NCBI GenBank assembly: GCA_965220085.1
Contig: CBDCOZ010000003.1
Location: forward strand, 448,001 to 512,000
DNA length: 64,000 nucleotides
Direction: 5' to 3'
Source: Candidatus Oxydemutatoraceae bacterium
GTDB lineage: Bacteria > Pseudomonadota > Gammaproteobacteria > Poriferisulfidales > Oxydemutatoraceae
The translations under genes were made by a program, and so were the position numbers. Each line of letters begins with the position of its first letter. The first letter of the stretch is position 1. Of this stretch, positions 1-9,447 are shown piece by piece. Under the pieces are notes generated by a model. The model had not been told where the DNA came from and made no database searches. It saw only the letters and a list, made by a program, of their open reading frames with translations.

Positions 1-533
1 GTCTTTTTCACGGAGTCGGCAAGGTGACGGCGGCAAAGATGGAAGCGCTGAATATCAAGACGGGGGCGGACCTCAAACAGCATTCGATCGATGAACTAAT
101 CGGTTTGTTCGGCAAAGCGGGGATTTATTACTATCACGCGGCGCGCGGCAAAGACGACAGGCGGATCATCGTTGATCGTCCGCGCAAATCCATCGGTTCG
201 GAAAAAACATTTGAAAGCGACTTGCGGGACAAGGAACAGGCGGTTATGGAAATTAATCTGCAGGCGCGCAATGTGGCGCGGATGCTGGCGGAGCGGAGGA
301 TGAGCGCGCGCACTGTTACCCTCAAGGTGAAATATTCCGACTTCAGTCAGATTACCCGCAGCCACACTTTTGCCCGCCCGATGAGCGGTTTCAAAGAGAT
401 GCTGAGGTCCGTCTCCGCATTGATTGAGAAGACCGAGGTCGGGTCGCGCGCGGTTCGCTTGTTGGGCGTTTCGGTCTCAAATCTTTGCCGCAGCGACAGC
501 GCCCGCCAAAGCGCTTTTGAATTTCCCGGCTAA
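1..533 (+). CDS. dinB: DNA polymerase IV, C-terminal part (5'-truncated by window edge)
   Basis: Frame is open from the window start (LFHGVGKVTAAKM...). Contains the HhH motif GVGKVT, and RKSIGSEKTF, TVTLKVKYSDF and VRLLGVSVSNL of the Y-family little-finger domain. Confidence 0.93.
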   Translation, partial: LFHGVGKVTAAKMEALNIKTGADLKQHSIDELIGLFGKAGIYYYHAARGKDDRRIIVDRPRKSIGSEKTFESDLRDKEQAVMEINLQARNVARMLAERRMSARTVTLKVKYSDFSQITRSHTFARPMSGFKEMLRSVSALIEKTEVGSRAVRLLGVSVSNLCRSDSARQSAFEFPG

Positions 534-560
534 CGGCTCTCGGACAATTCGGCGCGCCGG

Positions 561-1739
561 CTAGAACTCTAATTGCAAAATCTCGTTGGTTTGGTCTATG
601 CGAAACTCAAAGTAGGATAAGACATCCATCCCCAAGATTCCGTCAAACGCGTGTTGCCCCGGCAACTCTGTGATGCCGACAGTCATGCCCTCAAATTCAA
701 TGCCGCCAATCTCCAGTGTGTCCAGCGTGATGGTCTCAATCGTCTTCACATCGCTGGCGGTATGGATGGTCATCTCGCCCCTCTCCGGTTCGCCGTTCTC
801 GTCCAGCCCCAACGTTTCTATAAAGCTGCTATTGAGAATAGAAATGGTCGCCCCGGTGTCTATCAAAAGCGTGGCGTCTCCGACATGATTGATTCCCGTC
901 TCAACCAGAAACTGATTGTTGTTATTTGTGATCGGGATAGCAAGCGCGCTGTCTCCCAGTTCGACCAACTGTTCCAGCAAGCGAGTCAGGTTTTGTGCCT
1001 GAGGTCCGATGATGCTATCCCCGAGGGTTTGTCTCAATGTCGCAATGGCATCGAGCAAGGAACCTTGTCGGAATTGCGCTTCGCCGATCTTATAGCGGTA
1101 TTGCATCGCCTCGGACTCATCGGCATTTTCAAGCAGCGCGTAGAACAGCCCCGCTAACTTTTCCCATTGCTTGTTTTGCCGCAGAATTTTTTCATGCTTT
1201 TCCGTTGTCTCTTTGATGAAGGTATCGATGGCATCGGTCAGGGACGCGTCGTCAGAGTATATTTTTGCATCCAAAGCGTATTGCAAAGCCCGCTCATGGC
1301 GCTGGCTCAGCGCTTCTAATTTGGCCAACGCTAAAATGGCGCGCGGGCTATACGCATCTGCTTCAAGAAGTTTGTTGATTAACTCGCGAGCTTTCTGGCG
1401 GCGTCTCTGTCTGGTCAAGCGTTGCGCCTGCTCGATCAGGCGCAGTTCCATTTTCTCCGCTGTGACCGGGTGCGAGTCGATCAGTCCCGAATAGGTTTTG
1501 ATCGCGTTATCAATTTCGCCGTGTAGCAGTTGCTTGCGGAACATTTCCGTGTCCGCGCTCGCAGCGTCGGTGTTTGCCGCCGAACCGGATGCGGACAGCA
1601 TGGATTTTGCGCGCTGTATCGCGCTCAGATCCCCCCCCTGCGCCAGTCTGCTTATGGCGGTATCCGCCTGCCAAGCGTGCGCAAACCAGCCGATTACAAA
1701 ACCGATAAGCAACCAAAAAGTAATATTCAAAATAGGCAT
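561..1739 (-). CDS. Membrane-anchored TPR-containing clan AA (retropepsin-like) aspartyl protease
   Basis: N-terminal hydrophobic segment, helical TPR-like middle, C-terminal LLIDTGATIS catalytic motif and GILGMDVL motif. Confidence 0.85.
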   Translation of the reverse strand: MPILNITFWLLIGFVIGWFAHAWQADTAISRLAQGGDLSAIQRAKSMLSASGSAANTDAASADTEMFRKQLLHGEIDNAIKTYSGLIDSHPVTAEKMELRLIEQAQRLTRQRRRQKARELINKLLEADAYSPRAILALAKLEALSQRHERALQYALDAKIYSDDASLTDAIDTFIKETTEKHEKILRQNKQWEKLAGLFYALLENADESEAMQYRYKIGEAQFRQGSLLDAIATLRQTLGDSIIGPQAQNLTRLLEQLVELGDSALAIPITNNNNQFLVETGINHVGDATLLIDTGATISILNSSFIETLGLDENGEPERGEMTIHTASDVKTIETITLDTLEIGGIEFEGMTVGITELPGQHAFDGILGMDVLSYFEFRIDQTNEILQLEF

Positions 1740-1843
1740 ATATGCAAACTAATTCTATGGATTATTAGCATTTGCTATAATAACAGACATACTTAACCGA
1801 CTGATTCTTTAACCCCTTGGGTGCAAGGAAAGCGGGAAAAATT

Positions 1844-4069
1844 ATGGCAAAAAGGTCAAAGAAAAGACGTAAGATTACCGCAGGCAGAACCGAACAGGTT
1901 GGCCAGCAAGATAAGCGGCAGGCGGAAGAGCGGCAATCCGGCGGGTTTATTCTGAACGAAGAATTATCCCCCGCCCGCGCCACGAGATATATGCCGCCGC
2001 TGGATGTGCCGAAAGCATTTGTATGGTTGCTCGGCATCTTCATAGGTCTTGCCGCCATCATATCTCCCTACGGACAAACCGCTACCGGGTACAACCCCGA
2101 CTTGCATGTCAGCGCTTATTACCAGACCGGTGTGTTGCTCGTCATGTTGATGTATTTCGTGTTTCTGATGCGCAAGAACGACAACTGCGTCATATTGATT
2201 CCTCGTTCGCCGCTGGTATTGCCGGTTGTCATCCTGTTTTTGTGGATGGCGCTTTCCATCTTCTGGGTGCCCAGCCTGTACGAAGGCCTGCTCAAGACAC
2301 TCGATTGGGGCTCGGCGGTACTGGTCTTTTTGTTAATCGTGATGCTGGTTCGCGATGCGAAAAGTTTCCGGATTCTGTTGCTATGTATGTTTCTGAGCGG
2401 GCTTATAATCAGTCTTTTGGGCCTTGCCCAATACCTGTTCTCGGTGAACTGGGTGCATCAGCATCAGGCTCCCGCCGCCACCTTCGGCAACAAAAACATG
2501 GCGGCTCAATATATGGTTTCAACGGTGCCGTTCGGGTTGTGCTTGCTGTTTAATGAGCGCAACAAATGGAAATGCTGGTTTTTTGCAATTGGTTCGGCAT
2601 TTATGCTTTCCTTCCTTTACTACACCCACACTCGCGGCTCGTGGATATCTTTCTTTGGCGAGGTTGCGGTTATCATTTTGGCTCTCGTATTCTTCAGGTT
2701 CATGCACAAGTACAAACTCTGGATTAACTGGAACAAAGTGCTGTCGGTTATTGCGATGCTCGCGGTTTTCGCAGTGATGGTTCAGTTCACACCGACTACT
2801 TTTATCGATAAGGCCACATTGGGCATAGACAGTTACTTAAACCCCAGTGGTCAGGGTGTGAAAACGGGCTCGCTTGCCGAAAGCGTAAAAACCATAACAG
2901 AAGGTTTTTATGGCAGCAGGTCACAGCGATTTGCCATGTGGGAGAATACGCTGGCGATGATAAAAGACAACCTGATACTCGGCACGGGTATCGGCGGCTG
3001 GATGATTTTCTACCCCAAGTACCAAGCGGCGGTGGCCGAGGACATCATGTTGACCGAAGGATTTTTTCACCTCAACGCGCACAACGATTATTTGGAGTTC
3101 GCCAGCGAACTGGGCATGGTCGGCGTAGCGATTATTGTGTGGCTTGTCGTGATGTTGTTAGCGAGCATATGGCGGATTTTGGTAGCCCCCCATCTGGATG
3201 AGAGCGTTCGGGTTGCGGTACTGGCTCCGATTGTATCGTTTGCGGGCATTGCCGCGACAGCGCTGGTCAGCTTTCCGCTACAGCAAGCGACGACCATCAT
3301 GTACATCATGATGTGCTTGGGGTGTATCTCCGTAAGTTATTGGCAGGCGGGCGGGCATATCAAAGGGCCTTACCGCATTCGCCTGCCCAAGCTGGGGTTG
3401 CGGGTCGCTTTTGCCATGGTCTTATTGGTGGGCGCGGCATTTGCCGGCAGCACGCATTACAACTGGTTTGTTGCGGAATCCAATTACCGCAACGCGGTCT
3501 CGTCGATGCGTACCGGGCGCAACAAAGAATTCGGAAGATATGCCAAGCTCGCGGTCGAACAGCACGGGTTACGCAAGTATGTAAGCCTGTATCTCGGCAA
3601 TTACTATATCGGGCGCAAAGAGTACCGCAAAGCAATTCAAAACTTTGAAAGAGTGCTTGAGGATTACCCGTATCGCGTAGAAGTCATGCAAAACCTCGGG
3701 GCGGCTTACTTGCAAACCAATCAGCCGGACAAAGCCAAAAAGATATTTGAGTTGTGGGCCGATATCCAGCCGCATTCCATGCAGGCGCTTGTCTCGCTTG
3801 CCATACTCTACTCCCGTCTCGGCGAGAATGACAAAGCGATCAAGGCGCTGGAAAAAGGCGTCGAAGTATATAACAGGCGCAAAGCAAGATTTGCAAAGTG
3901 GGCGCCGGCAAAATTCGAGGAAGACGCCTGGAAGAAGTTTGACAAAAATTATAAGAGAGGGCGCGCGCTTTATAAGCGACTGAAAGGCGGCGGTACCCCC
4001 CCGCCGGCTGAGACGCTTCCGTCGGAGAAGCGGGATAGCAAACCTCCCGCAGCCGTCAATGCGCCGTAA
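1844..4069 (+). CDS. O-antigen ligase / O-oligosaccharyltransferase-like (Wzy_C) polytopic membrane protein with C-terminal TPRs
   Basis: About 12 hydrophobic segments; ATFGNKN, TRGSW, R..MW..T..MI, GTGIGGW and AHNDYLE..SELG motifs; TPR-like C-terminus. ATG at 1844 chosen over TTG at 1817. Confidence 0.85.
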   Translation: MAKRSKKRRKITAGRTEQVGQQDKRQAEERQSGGFILNEELSPARATRYMPPLDVPKAFVWLLGIFIGLAAIISPYGQTATGYNPDLHVSAYYQTGVLLVMLMYFVFLMRKNDNCVILIPRSPLVLPVVILFLWMALSIFWVPSLYEGLLKTLDWGSAVLVFLLIVMLVRDAKSFRILLLCMFLSGLIISLLGLAQYLFSVNWVHQHQAPAATFGNKNMAAQYMVSTVPFGLCLLFNERNKWKCWFFAIGSAFMLSFLYYTHTRGSWISFFGEVAVIILALVFFRFMHKYKLWINWNKVLSVIAMLAVFAVMVQFTPTTFIDKATLGIDSYLNPSGQGVKTGSLAESVKTITEGFYGSRSQRFAMWENTLAMIKDNLILGTGIGGWMIFYPKYQAAVAEDIMLTEGFFHLNAHNDYLEFASELGMVGVAIIVWLVVMLLASIWRILVAPHLDESVRVAVLAPIVSFAGIAATALVSFPLQQATTIMYIMMCLGCISVSYWQAGGHIKGPYRIRLPKLGLRVAFAMVLLVGAAFAGSTHYNWFVAESNYRNAVSSMRTGRNKEFGRYAKLAVEQHGLRKYVSLYLGNYYIGRKEYRKAIQNFERVLEDYPYRVEVMQNLGAAYLQTNQPDKAKKIFELWADIQPHSMQALVSLAILYSRLGENDKAIKALEKGVEVYNRRKARFAKWAPAKFEEDAWKKFDKNYKRGRALYKRLKGGGTPPPAETLPSEKRDSKPPAAVNAP

Positions 4070-4099
4070 GTCAAGACATCCTAAGTCAAAGTGCGTTAA

Positions 4100-4951
4100 G
4101 TGATGTTATCGAGTTCCAGTATGTCCGCAGATTATGCCGTCGGGCTTAACCGGGCCTTTGCCAATCTGGTTGTAATCGTATTATTGCCCGTATGCTTCTA
4201 CCTGCTGTCCGATGTCTTTTGGAAAGTGTATTACCCCGACCCCTTGCAACCGAAATCCGCCGACAAAACCGGCGCCCGCGCTGTTTCGCGTTCGACCCAA
4301 GCGCCCGCTGCTTCATGGGATTGGTTTGTCATAAAGGAACCGGTCAAAGCGAGCAAACCGGCGACTGTGTCCAAACTCAACGCTTCTCTTGCCGGTGTGT
4401 TCGGGGTTGGCGACAAAGGCGTTGCGATGATTAAGGCGGACGGAGGTCAGGTCAAAGCCTATCGCGTGGGCGATGAAATAAAGTCCGGTATTGCGCTAAA
4501 GCGGCTCGGTTTAAACTATGTAATCCTGCTTCGCAACGGCGAGGAAGAAGAGCTCCGCATGAAGGGAGGCAACCTGTTTAATCGCGAGGAAGCGCCGCAA
4601 AGCGCCGGTGATGACAAGGCGGCCGGCGGCGTCAATACCGTAGATTCGGAACTGGCAAAAGTGATAAAAAAGGAGCCGTTTAAGCTGCTTGATCTGGTAA
4701 GGTTCAGGCAGGAGCGCGTTCCGGAGTACGGGCTCGGCTATAAGATAATTCCGCGCGGCGAACGCGGCGAACAAGCGATAAATGCCGCCGGCTTATACAA
4801 AGAGGATATGATTTTTCTGATAAATGGGCGCCCCATTGTACAATTGCCATCCGACCCCGTGGCTATGAAGAAGCTGCTTGAGTCAGAGGAGCTTAAGATT
4901 AGATTGCTCAGAGATGGGAGGGTAATGGATGTTACTATCGCGCTCAACTAG
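4100..4951 (+). CDS. gspC: Type II secretion protein C (TM + HR + PDZ-like)
   Basis: Single TM, L.GV..G....A.I...G....Y.VGD HR-domain pattern, PDZ-like end (GL...D.I..ING); lies directly upstream of the secretin. Start uncertain. Confidence 0.85.
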   Translation: MMLSSSSMSADYAVGLNRAFANLVVIVLLPVCFYLLSDVFWKVYYPDPLQPKSADKTGARAVSRSTQAPAASWDWFVIKEPVKASKPATVSKLNASLAGVFGVGDKGVAMIKADGGQVKAYRVGDEIKSGIALKRLGLNYVILLRNGEEEELRMKGGNLFNREEAPQSAGDDKAAGGVNTVDSELAKVIKKEPFKLLDLVRFRQERVPEYGLGYKIIPRGERGEQAINAAGLYKEDMIFLINGRPIVQLPSDPVAMKKLLESEELKIRLLRDGRVMDVTIALN

Positions 4952-7034
4952 CCGTTTCGCAATGGCGTTCTGCCTGCTGTTGTTGCTACAGCACACCGCA
5001 CAGGCGGCCTTGCTCAATTTCCGCGATGTGGAGATCCGCCAACTGATCGAGAGCGTCGCCGAGCTTACGGGCAAGAACTTCCTGGTTGACCCCCGCGTCA
5101 AGGGCAAATTCACACTGATTGCGACCACCCAAGTGCCCGACGATCAGGTCTACGATGTGATGCTGTCGGTTTTCAGAATGCACGGTTTGCGCGCGGTGGA
5201 AGGCCCGGGCGGTCTGACCCGCATCGTGCCGGCGAATATCGCCGGACGCTATTCGACATTGGACGAGTCGGAAGGCTTGGTAACCAAAATCATCCCGATC
5301 AAACATCTCAATGCCGGCGGGGTGTTGCCGATGGTCAGACCGCTGATGACAAGCCAGGCGCAAGTGACGATTCATAAAGAGACGAACTCGCTGATTGTGG
5401 TTGAGACCCTGTCCAATATAGAGCGGGTAGAAGAGATTTTGCGCGATTTTGACAAAGAGAGCGTCGGTTCTTATGAGATCGTGGACTTGGATTACATGAC
5501 CGCCAAGGACATGGTGAATGTAATCAACCGCGCCCGCAACAAGCAGATCAAGCACCTCGCTGATGTCGTTGCCGATACCAAATTCGACCGCCTTATTCTG
5601 ACCGGCGAGCCGCGTTTCCGCTTGCCGTTGCGCGCGCTGATAGCGGAGCTCGACGCGCCGCCCAGAGTGCGCAAAGGCAAAGCCGGGTTGGTTCGCATTA
5701 TTCACCTGAACTATGCCAATGCCGAAGAGATGAAGACGGTTCTGAAAGGACTGTTGACAAAACAGTTTCTTGAATTGGCCGACTTCGGCGCCGATACCGC
5801 GGACACAACGCCGGCGCCAAAGAAGAAAGTCGTCAAAGCCCCGAAGAAACCGGCGGACAAAAAAGATGCCAAAGAACCCGCGCCCGCTGCCGCGCCTTCG
5901 CCGATTACGAACAAGAGCTACACCATCCAGTCCGATGTCGCGACCAATTCGCTGATTGTGAGCGGCGCGACCAATATCGTGCAGGCGATTGTGGATGTGG
6001 TGCGAGAGTTGGATACGCCGCGACCGCAGGTGCTGATCGAAGCGATCATTGCCGAGATTACGCTGAACCGGGCGGCGGATTTGCAGACGCGGCTGGTAGG
6101 GCAAAAAACCCCGCGCGGGGCGGAGGAGCCGGTGACATTTTCCGGCGGCGCGGTAACCGGCATCACATCGTTGGAAGGGTTGTTTGCGGCGTTTAATTTT
6201 ATCGGCGGCCCCAGCGCGCAATATTTTGCCGGCGGACGGTTTAACGGCGGCGACTTGACCATCGGTTTGTTGATCAATGCGTTGCGAACGGATGCGACCG
6301 CGAATATCTTGTCAACACCGTCAATTTTGACCCTAAACAATGAGACGGCAAAGCTCGTGGTTGGCAGCGGCCGACCGTTTGTAGAGCGGTCGGAACTGAT
6401 TGCGGGTACCACCGAGTACCGCGATTTCTTTAAGCGGGAAGATCTGACACTGGAATTTGAAGTCACGCCGCAGATTACCAAAGGCGATGCGGTGCGTTTG
6501 AAAGTCAAACAAACCGACAAACGGGCGGATGAAGCGGCGCTTGCGGATAGCGGCGGAGGCGAGGTCAGAAACTTTTTATTGCCGACATTGAATCGTGAGA
6601 TCGAGACCGATGTCATCGTCAACGATCGCGATGTCATTATTCTCGGCGGCATGACCCGGGACGAGCGCGCCGACAGCAAGAGCGAAATACCGCTATTGGC
6701 GGATATTCCCGTTGTCGGTCATCTGTTTCGCGGTCGCGCCGGCAGCGAAAGGAAACTCAATTTGATGGTCTTTGTCCGCCCGACGATTTTCCGCACGCCC
6801 GAAGCCGCCGCCGATACCAGCGGCGACCGCTACGTTGCGTTGCGTTGGGAGCAGTTGCAGCAGTTGCAACGGGTTGACAGTTTGATCGATCAAAGTGATC
6901 ACGGTCCCAGTCTGATGCCGCCTCTGCGCGAGTTGCAAAATGACGGCAAGACCAAACGCAAAGTCAAAAAGCGCAAGAAACGCAAAAAGCGCATGCGGTC
7001 ATCGCGGGATGGCATCAGCCGCGCCGACGGTTAA
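4929..7034 (+). CDS. gspD: Type II secretion secretin D
   Basis: NFRDVEIRQLIESVAELTGKNFLVDPRVKG (N0), QVLIEAIIAE, ILSTPSILTLNN, IPLLADIPVVGHLF; Lys/Arg-rich tail. Confidence 0.95.
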   Translation: MLLSRSTSRFAMAFCLLLLLQHTAQAALLNFRDVEIRQLIESVAELTGKNFLVDPRVKGKFTLIATTQVPDDQVYDVMLSVFRMHGLRAVEGPGGLTRIVPANIAGRYSTLDESEGLVTKIIPIKHLNAGGVLPMVRPLMTSQAQVTIHKETNSLIVVETLSNIERVEEILRDFDKESVGSYEIVDLDYMTAKDMVNVINRARNKQIKHLADVVADTKFDRLILTGEPRFRLPLRALIAELDAPPRVRKGKAGLVRIIHLNYANAEEMKTVLKGLLTKQFLELADFGADTADTTPAPKKKVVKAPKKPADKKDAKEPAPAAAPSPITNKSYTIQSDVATNSLIVSGATNIVQAIVDVVRELDTPRPQVLIEAIIAEITLNRAADLQTRLVGQKTPRGAEEPVTFSGGAVTGITSLEGLFAAFNFIGGPSAQYFAGGRFNGGDLTIGLLINALRTDATANILSTPSILTLNNETAKLVVGSGRPFVERSELIAGTTEYRDFFKREDLTLEFEVTPQITKGDAVRLKVKQTDKRADEAALADSGGGEVRNFLLPTLNREIETDVIVNDRDVIILGGMTRDERADSKSEIPLLADIPVVGHLFRGRAGSERKLNLMVFVRPTIFRTPEAAADTSGDRYVALRWEQLQQLQRVDSLIDQSDHGPSLMPPLRELQNDGKTKRKVKKRKKRKKRMRSSRDGISRADG

Positions 7035-7039
7035 GGACG

Positions 7040-8779
7040 ATGTTTGAAAAATACTTTGGTCTCTCGGCCAATCCGTTTACGATTGCGCCGAATCCCAATT
7101 ACCTCTACCTGAGCGATCAACACCGCGAAGCGCTGGCGCATCTCCAGTACGGCCTGCATGAGAACGGCGGTTTTATCTTGCTCACCGGCGAAGTCGGCAC
7201 CGGCAAGACAACGATATGGCGCTGTCTGGTCGAACAACTGTCCGACGAAGTGGAGTTGGCGGTGCTGCTAAACCCGTGCCTGAGCGCGCGCGAGTTGCTG
7301 GAAGCGATATGCGACGAGTTTAAGATCGAATACGACAAAGACGCGGGCTCCAAACGCTTGACCGATGCCCTCAACCGCCACCTGTTGGATCGCCACCGCC
7401 AGGGCAAACGCTGCGTTTTGATAGCGGAAGAAGCGCAGAACCTGAGCGATGAGTTGCTCGAGCAGTTGCGCCTGCTGACCAATCTGGAGACCAATGAACA
7501 CAAGCTGCTGCAGATAGCGCTGATAGGCCAGCCCGAGCTGGCTGACAAGCTTGAGCAACCGCATCTGCGCCAACTCAGGCAACGCATCATTGCCAGATTT
7601 CATCTGCAGCCGCTCGGCGCCGATGAAGTCAAGACATATGTCGAGCACCGTCTTGCGACCGCCGGCAGCGCGGCCAATCTGTTTTCGCGCGACGCGCTAT
7701 TGCGCCTTGCCAAGTTATCGGGCGGAGTCCCGCGCCTAATCAACCTGATTTGCGAGCGCGCCTTGCTCGGTTGTTTCAGCGAAGGGCGGCGCCGGGCAGA
7801 CCTGAAAATTCTGGACACAGCGGCGCGCGAGGTTTTGGGCAAGCGCCGCGCGCCCTGCGCTTGGTTTGGCAAGAAGCGGATGAGCAAGATCGTGCGTTCG
7901 TGGGGAGTGCATGGCGATAGTTTTGTCCGGAGAGCCGCCGCACTTGCGACGATATTAGTGTTGCTGGTCGGGGGCACAATATTTCTGTTTCCAAGCATTG
8001 AACAGGCAGGCGCCAGATGGGCGGCAAGTGATGAACAGCCGCAAGTGGCTGTGAGCGACACCGCCGATGTTGCCGATAAGGAAGTTGCGAGCCGCGGCAG
8101 CGCCGAAGACTCGGATGCCAAATCGCCGCCGCCCGGCGCCGTATTGACCGGCTTGGATAAGTTAGAAGCGGACAGCCTGAAGAGCAACCCCTATGCGGTT
8201 TTGTTCGGCCTTTGGGGGGTGGAATTTGCAAATTCGGCGGAGTTGCCGTGCCAGTTTGGCCTCAGACACCGGCTTGACTGCTGGCATCGGCGCGGCGAGA
8301 TCAGCGGAGTCAAACGGGTCAATCGCCCGGCGATATTGAAGCTGCTCTCTGCGCAAGGCAAGCCTTTTTATGCGACCTTGACTAAGATTGCCGCGGACGG
8401 GGCTTTGCTGATGGATGCCGGAGGCGGCAATATTGAGCTGAGCGAACAGGAGTTGGCAATGGCGTGGACGGGCGAATACACTCTGCTTTGGCGGCGGCCT
8501 TCGGATTATCGCAACACCTTGTATCCCGGGGATAAAAGCGCCGCCGTGCGCTGGATTGCAAACAGTCTTGCAAACGTGAACGGCAAGCGCAAGCCGGTTT
8601 CGCCATCGGGGGTTTATACCGCCGCCTTGCAAAATCAAGTCCGCAGCTTTCAGGGCCGTTGCGGTTTGTTTGTTGACGGCCTCGTCGGCAAAGAGACCCT
8701 GATAAAAATCAACGCGCTCCTCGACCCGATGCCGCAACTGGCGCCGCTGAGCAAGTCCTGCCGCGGGCAACTGGGGTGA
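7040..8779 (+). CDS. gspA: ExeA/GspA AAA ATPase with C-terminal peptidoglycan-binding domain
   Basis: FGLSANPFTIAPNP, Walker A GEVGTGKT, EEAQNL, LIGQPEL, GVPRLINLIC; TM; C-terminal VRSFQ..GL.VDGLVGKET. Confidence 0.92.
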   Translation: MFEKYFGLSANPFTIAPNPNYLYLSDQHREALAHLQYGLHENGGFILLTGEVGTGKTTIWRCLVEQLSDEVELAVLLNPCLSARELLEAICDEFKIEYDKDAGSKRLTDALNRHLLDRHRQGKRCVLIAEEAQNLSDELLEQLRLLTNLETNEHKLLQIALIGQPELADKLEQPHLRQLRQRIIARFHLQPLGADEVKTYVEHRLATAGSAANLFSRDALLRLAKLSGGVPRLINLICERALLGCFSEGRRRADLKILDTAAREVLGKRRAPCAWFGKKRMSKIVRSWGVHGDSFVRRAAALATILVLLVGGTIFLFPSIEQAGARWAASDEQPQVAVSDTADVADKEVASRGSAEDSDAKSPPPGAVLTGLDKLEADSLKSNPYAVLFGLWGVEFANSAELPCQFGLRHRLDCWHRRGEISGVKRVNRPAILKLLSAQGKPFYATLTKIAADGALLMDAGGGNIELSEQELAMAWTGEYTLLWRRPSDYRNTLYPGDKSAAVRWIANSLANVNGKRKPVSPSGVYTAALQNQVRSFQGRCGLFVDGLVGKETLIKINALLDPMPQLAPLSKSCRGQLG

Positions 8780-9438
8780 TGTCTTACATTCTGTCGGCGC
8801 TGAAGAAAGTTGAGCGTGACCGTCAAACGGGCACGGCCCCGAGCTTGTTATCGGTGCAAATTGAAGAAGCGCCGGAGCTGGCGGGAAGCCGCTGGCCGCA
8901 AATTTTGATGTTGGCAATCGGCGTCATAGCGCTGCTGGCAGTCGGGATATGGCATTTGCCAAACTGGGTGGTGGGCACCGATTGGAATCAGGTTCTAAGA
9001 AGCGCCGGCATAGAGCGCCCGACGGCAACGCGCCTGTCGCCCGTCCGACCGCCGGCGCCGGCGGCGCCGGAGCCGCCCGCCCCGACATTCGGCGAGGCCA
9101 AGGATAGCAATCCGACAGAGCGGCCCGCCGCGACGGCGCGGGACGCGATGGCGGAGCCCTACCTGTCGCCGCCCCCGTCCGACCGCATACCGGCCTTTAA
9201 TGAGATAGCGCCGGAAGTGCGCGATCAAATTCCGCCTTTTTCGGTGTCCGGGTATTTATATTCGGCGCAACGCCCCCAAGCGAGCAAAGCGATTGTCAAC
9301 GGCGCGGCATTGCGCGCCGGTCAATACGTCAGCGATGATTTGATGATTAAGGAGATAAACGCCGACTACATCGTCATGGATTTTCGCGGCATGCCGTTCC
9401 GGATTGAGCACGGCGAATTTCCCAAAAACCGACCGTAG
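8776..9438 (+). CDS. gspB: ExeB/GspB
   Basis: MSYILSALKK N-terminus, TM, Pro-rich linker, C-terminal YS......A.VNG..L..G domain; overlaps gspA stop. Confidence 0.88.
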   Translation: MMSYILSALKKVERDRQTGTAPSLLSVQIEEAPELAGSRWPQILMLAIGVIALLAVGIWHLPNWVVGTDWNQVLRSAGIERPTATRLSPVRPPAPAAPEPPAPTFGEAKDSNPTERPAATARDAMAEPYLSPPPSDRIPAFNEIAPEVRDQIPPFSVSGYLYSAQRPQASKAIVNGAALRAGQYVSDDLMIKEINADYIVMDFRGMPFRIEHGEFPKNRP

Positions 9439-9447
9439 AAACCGACC

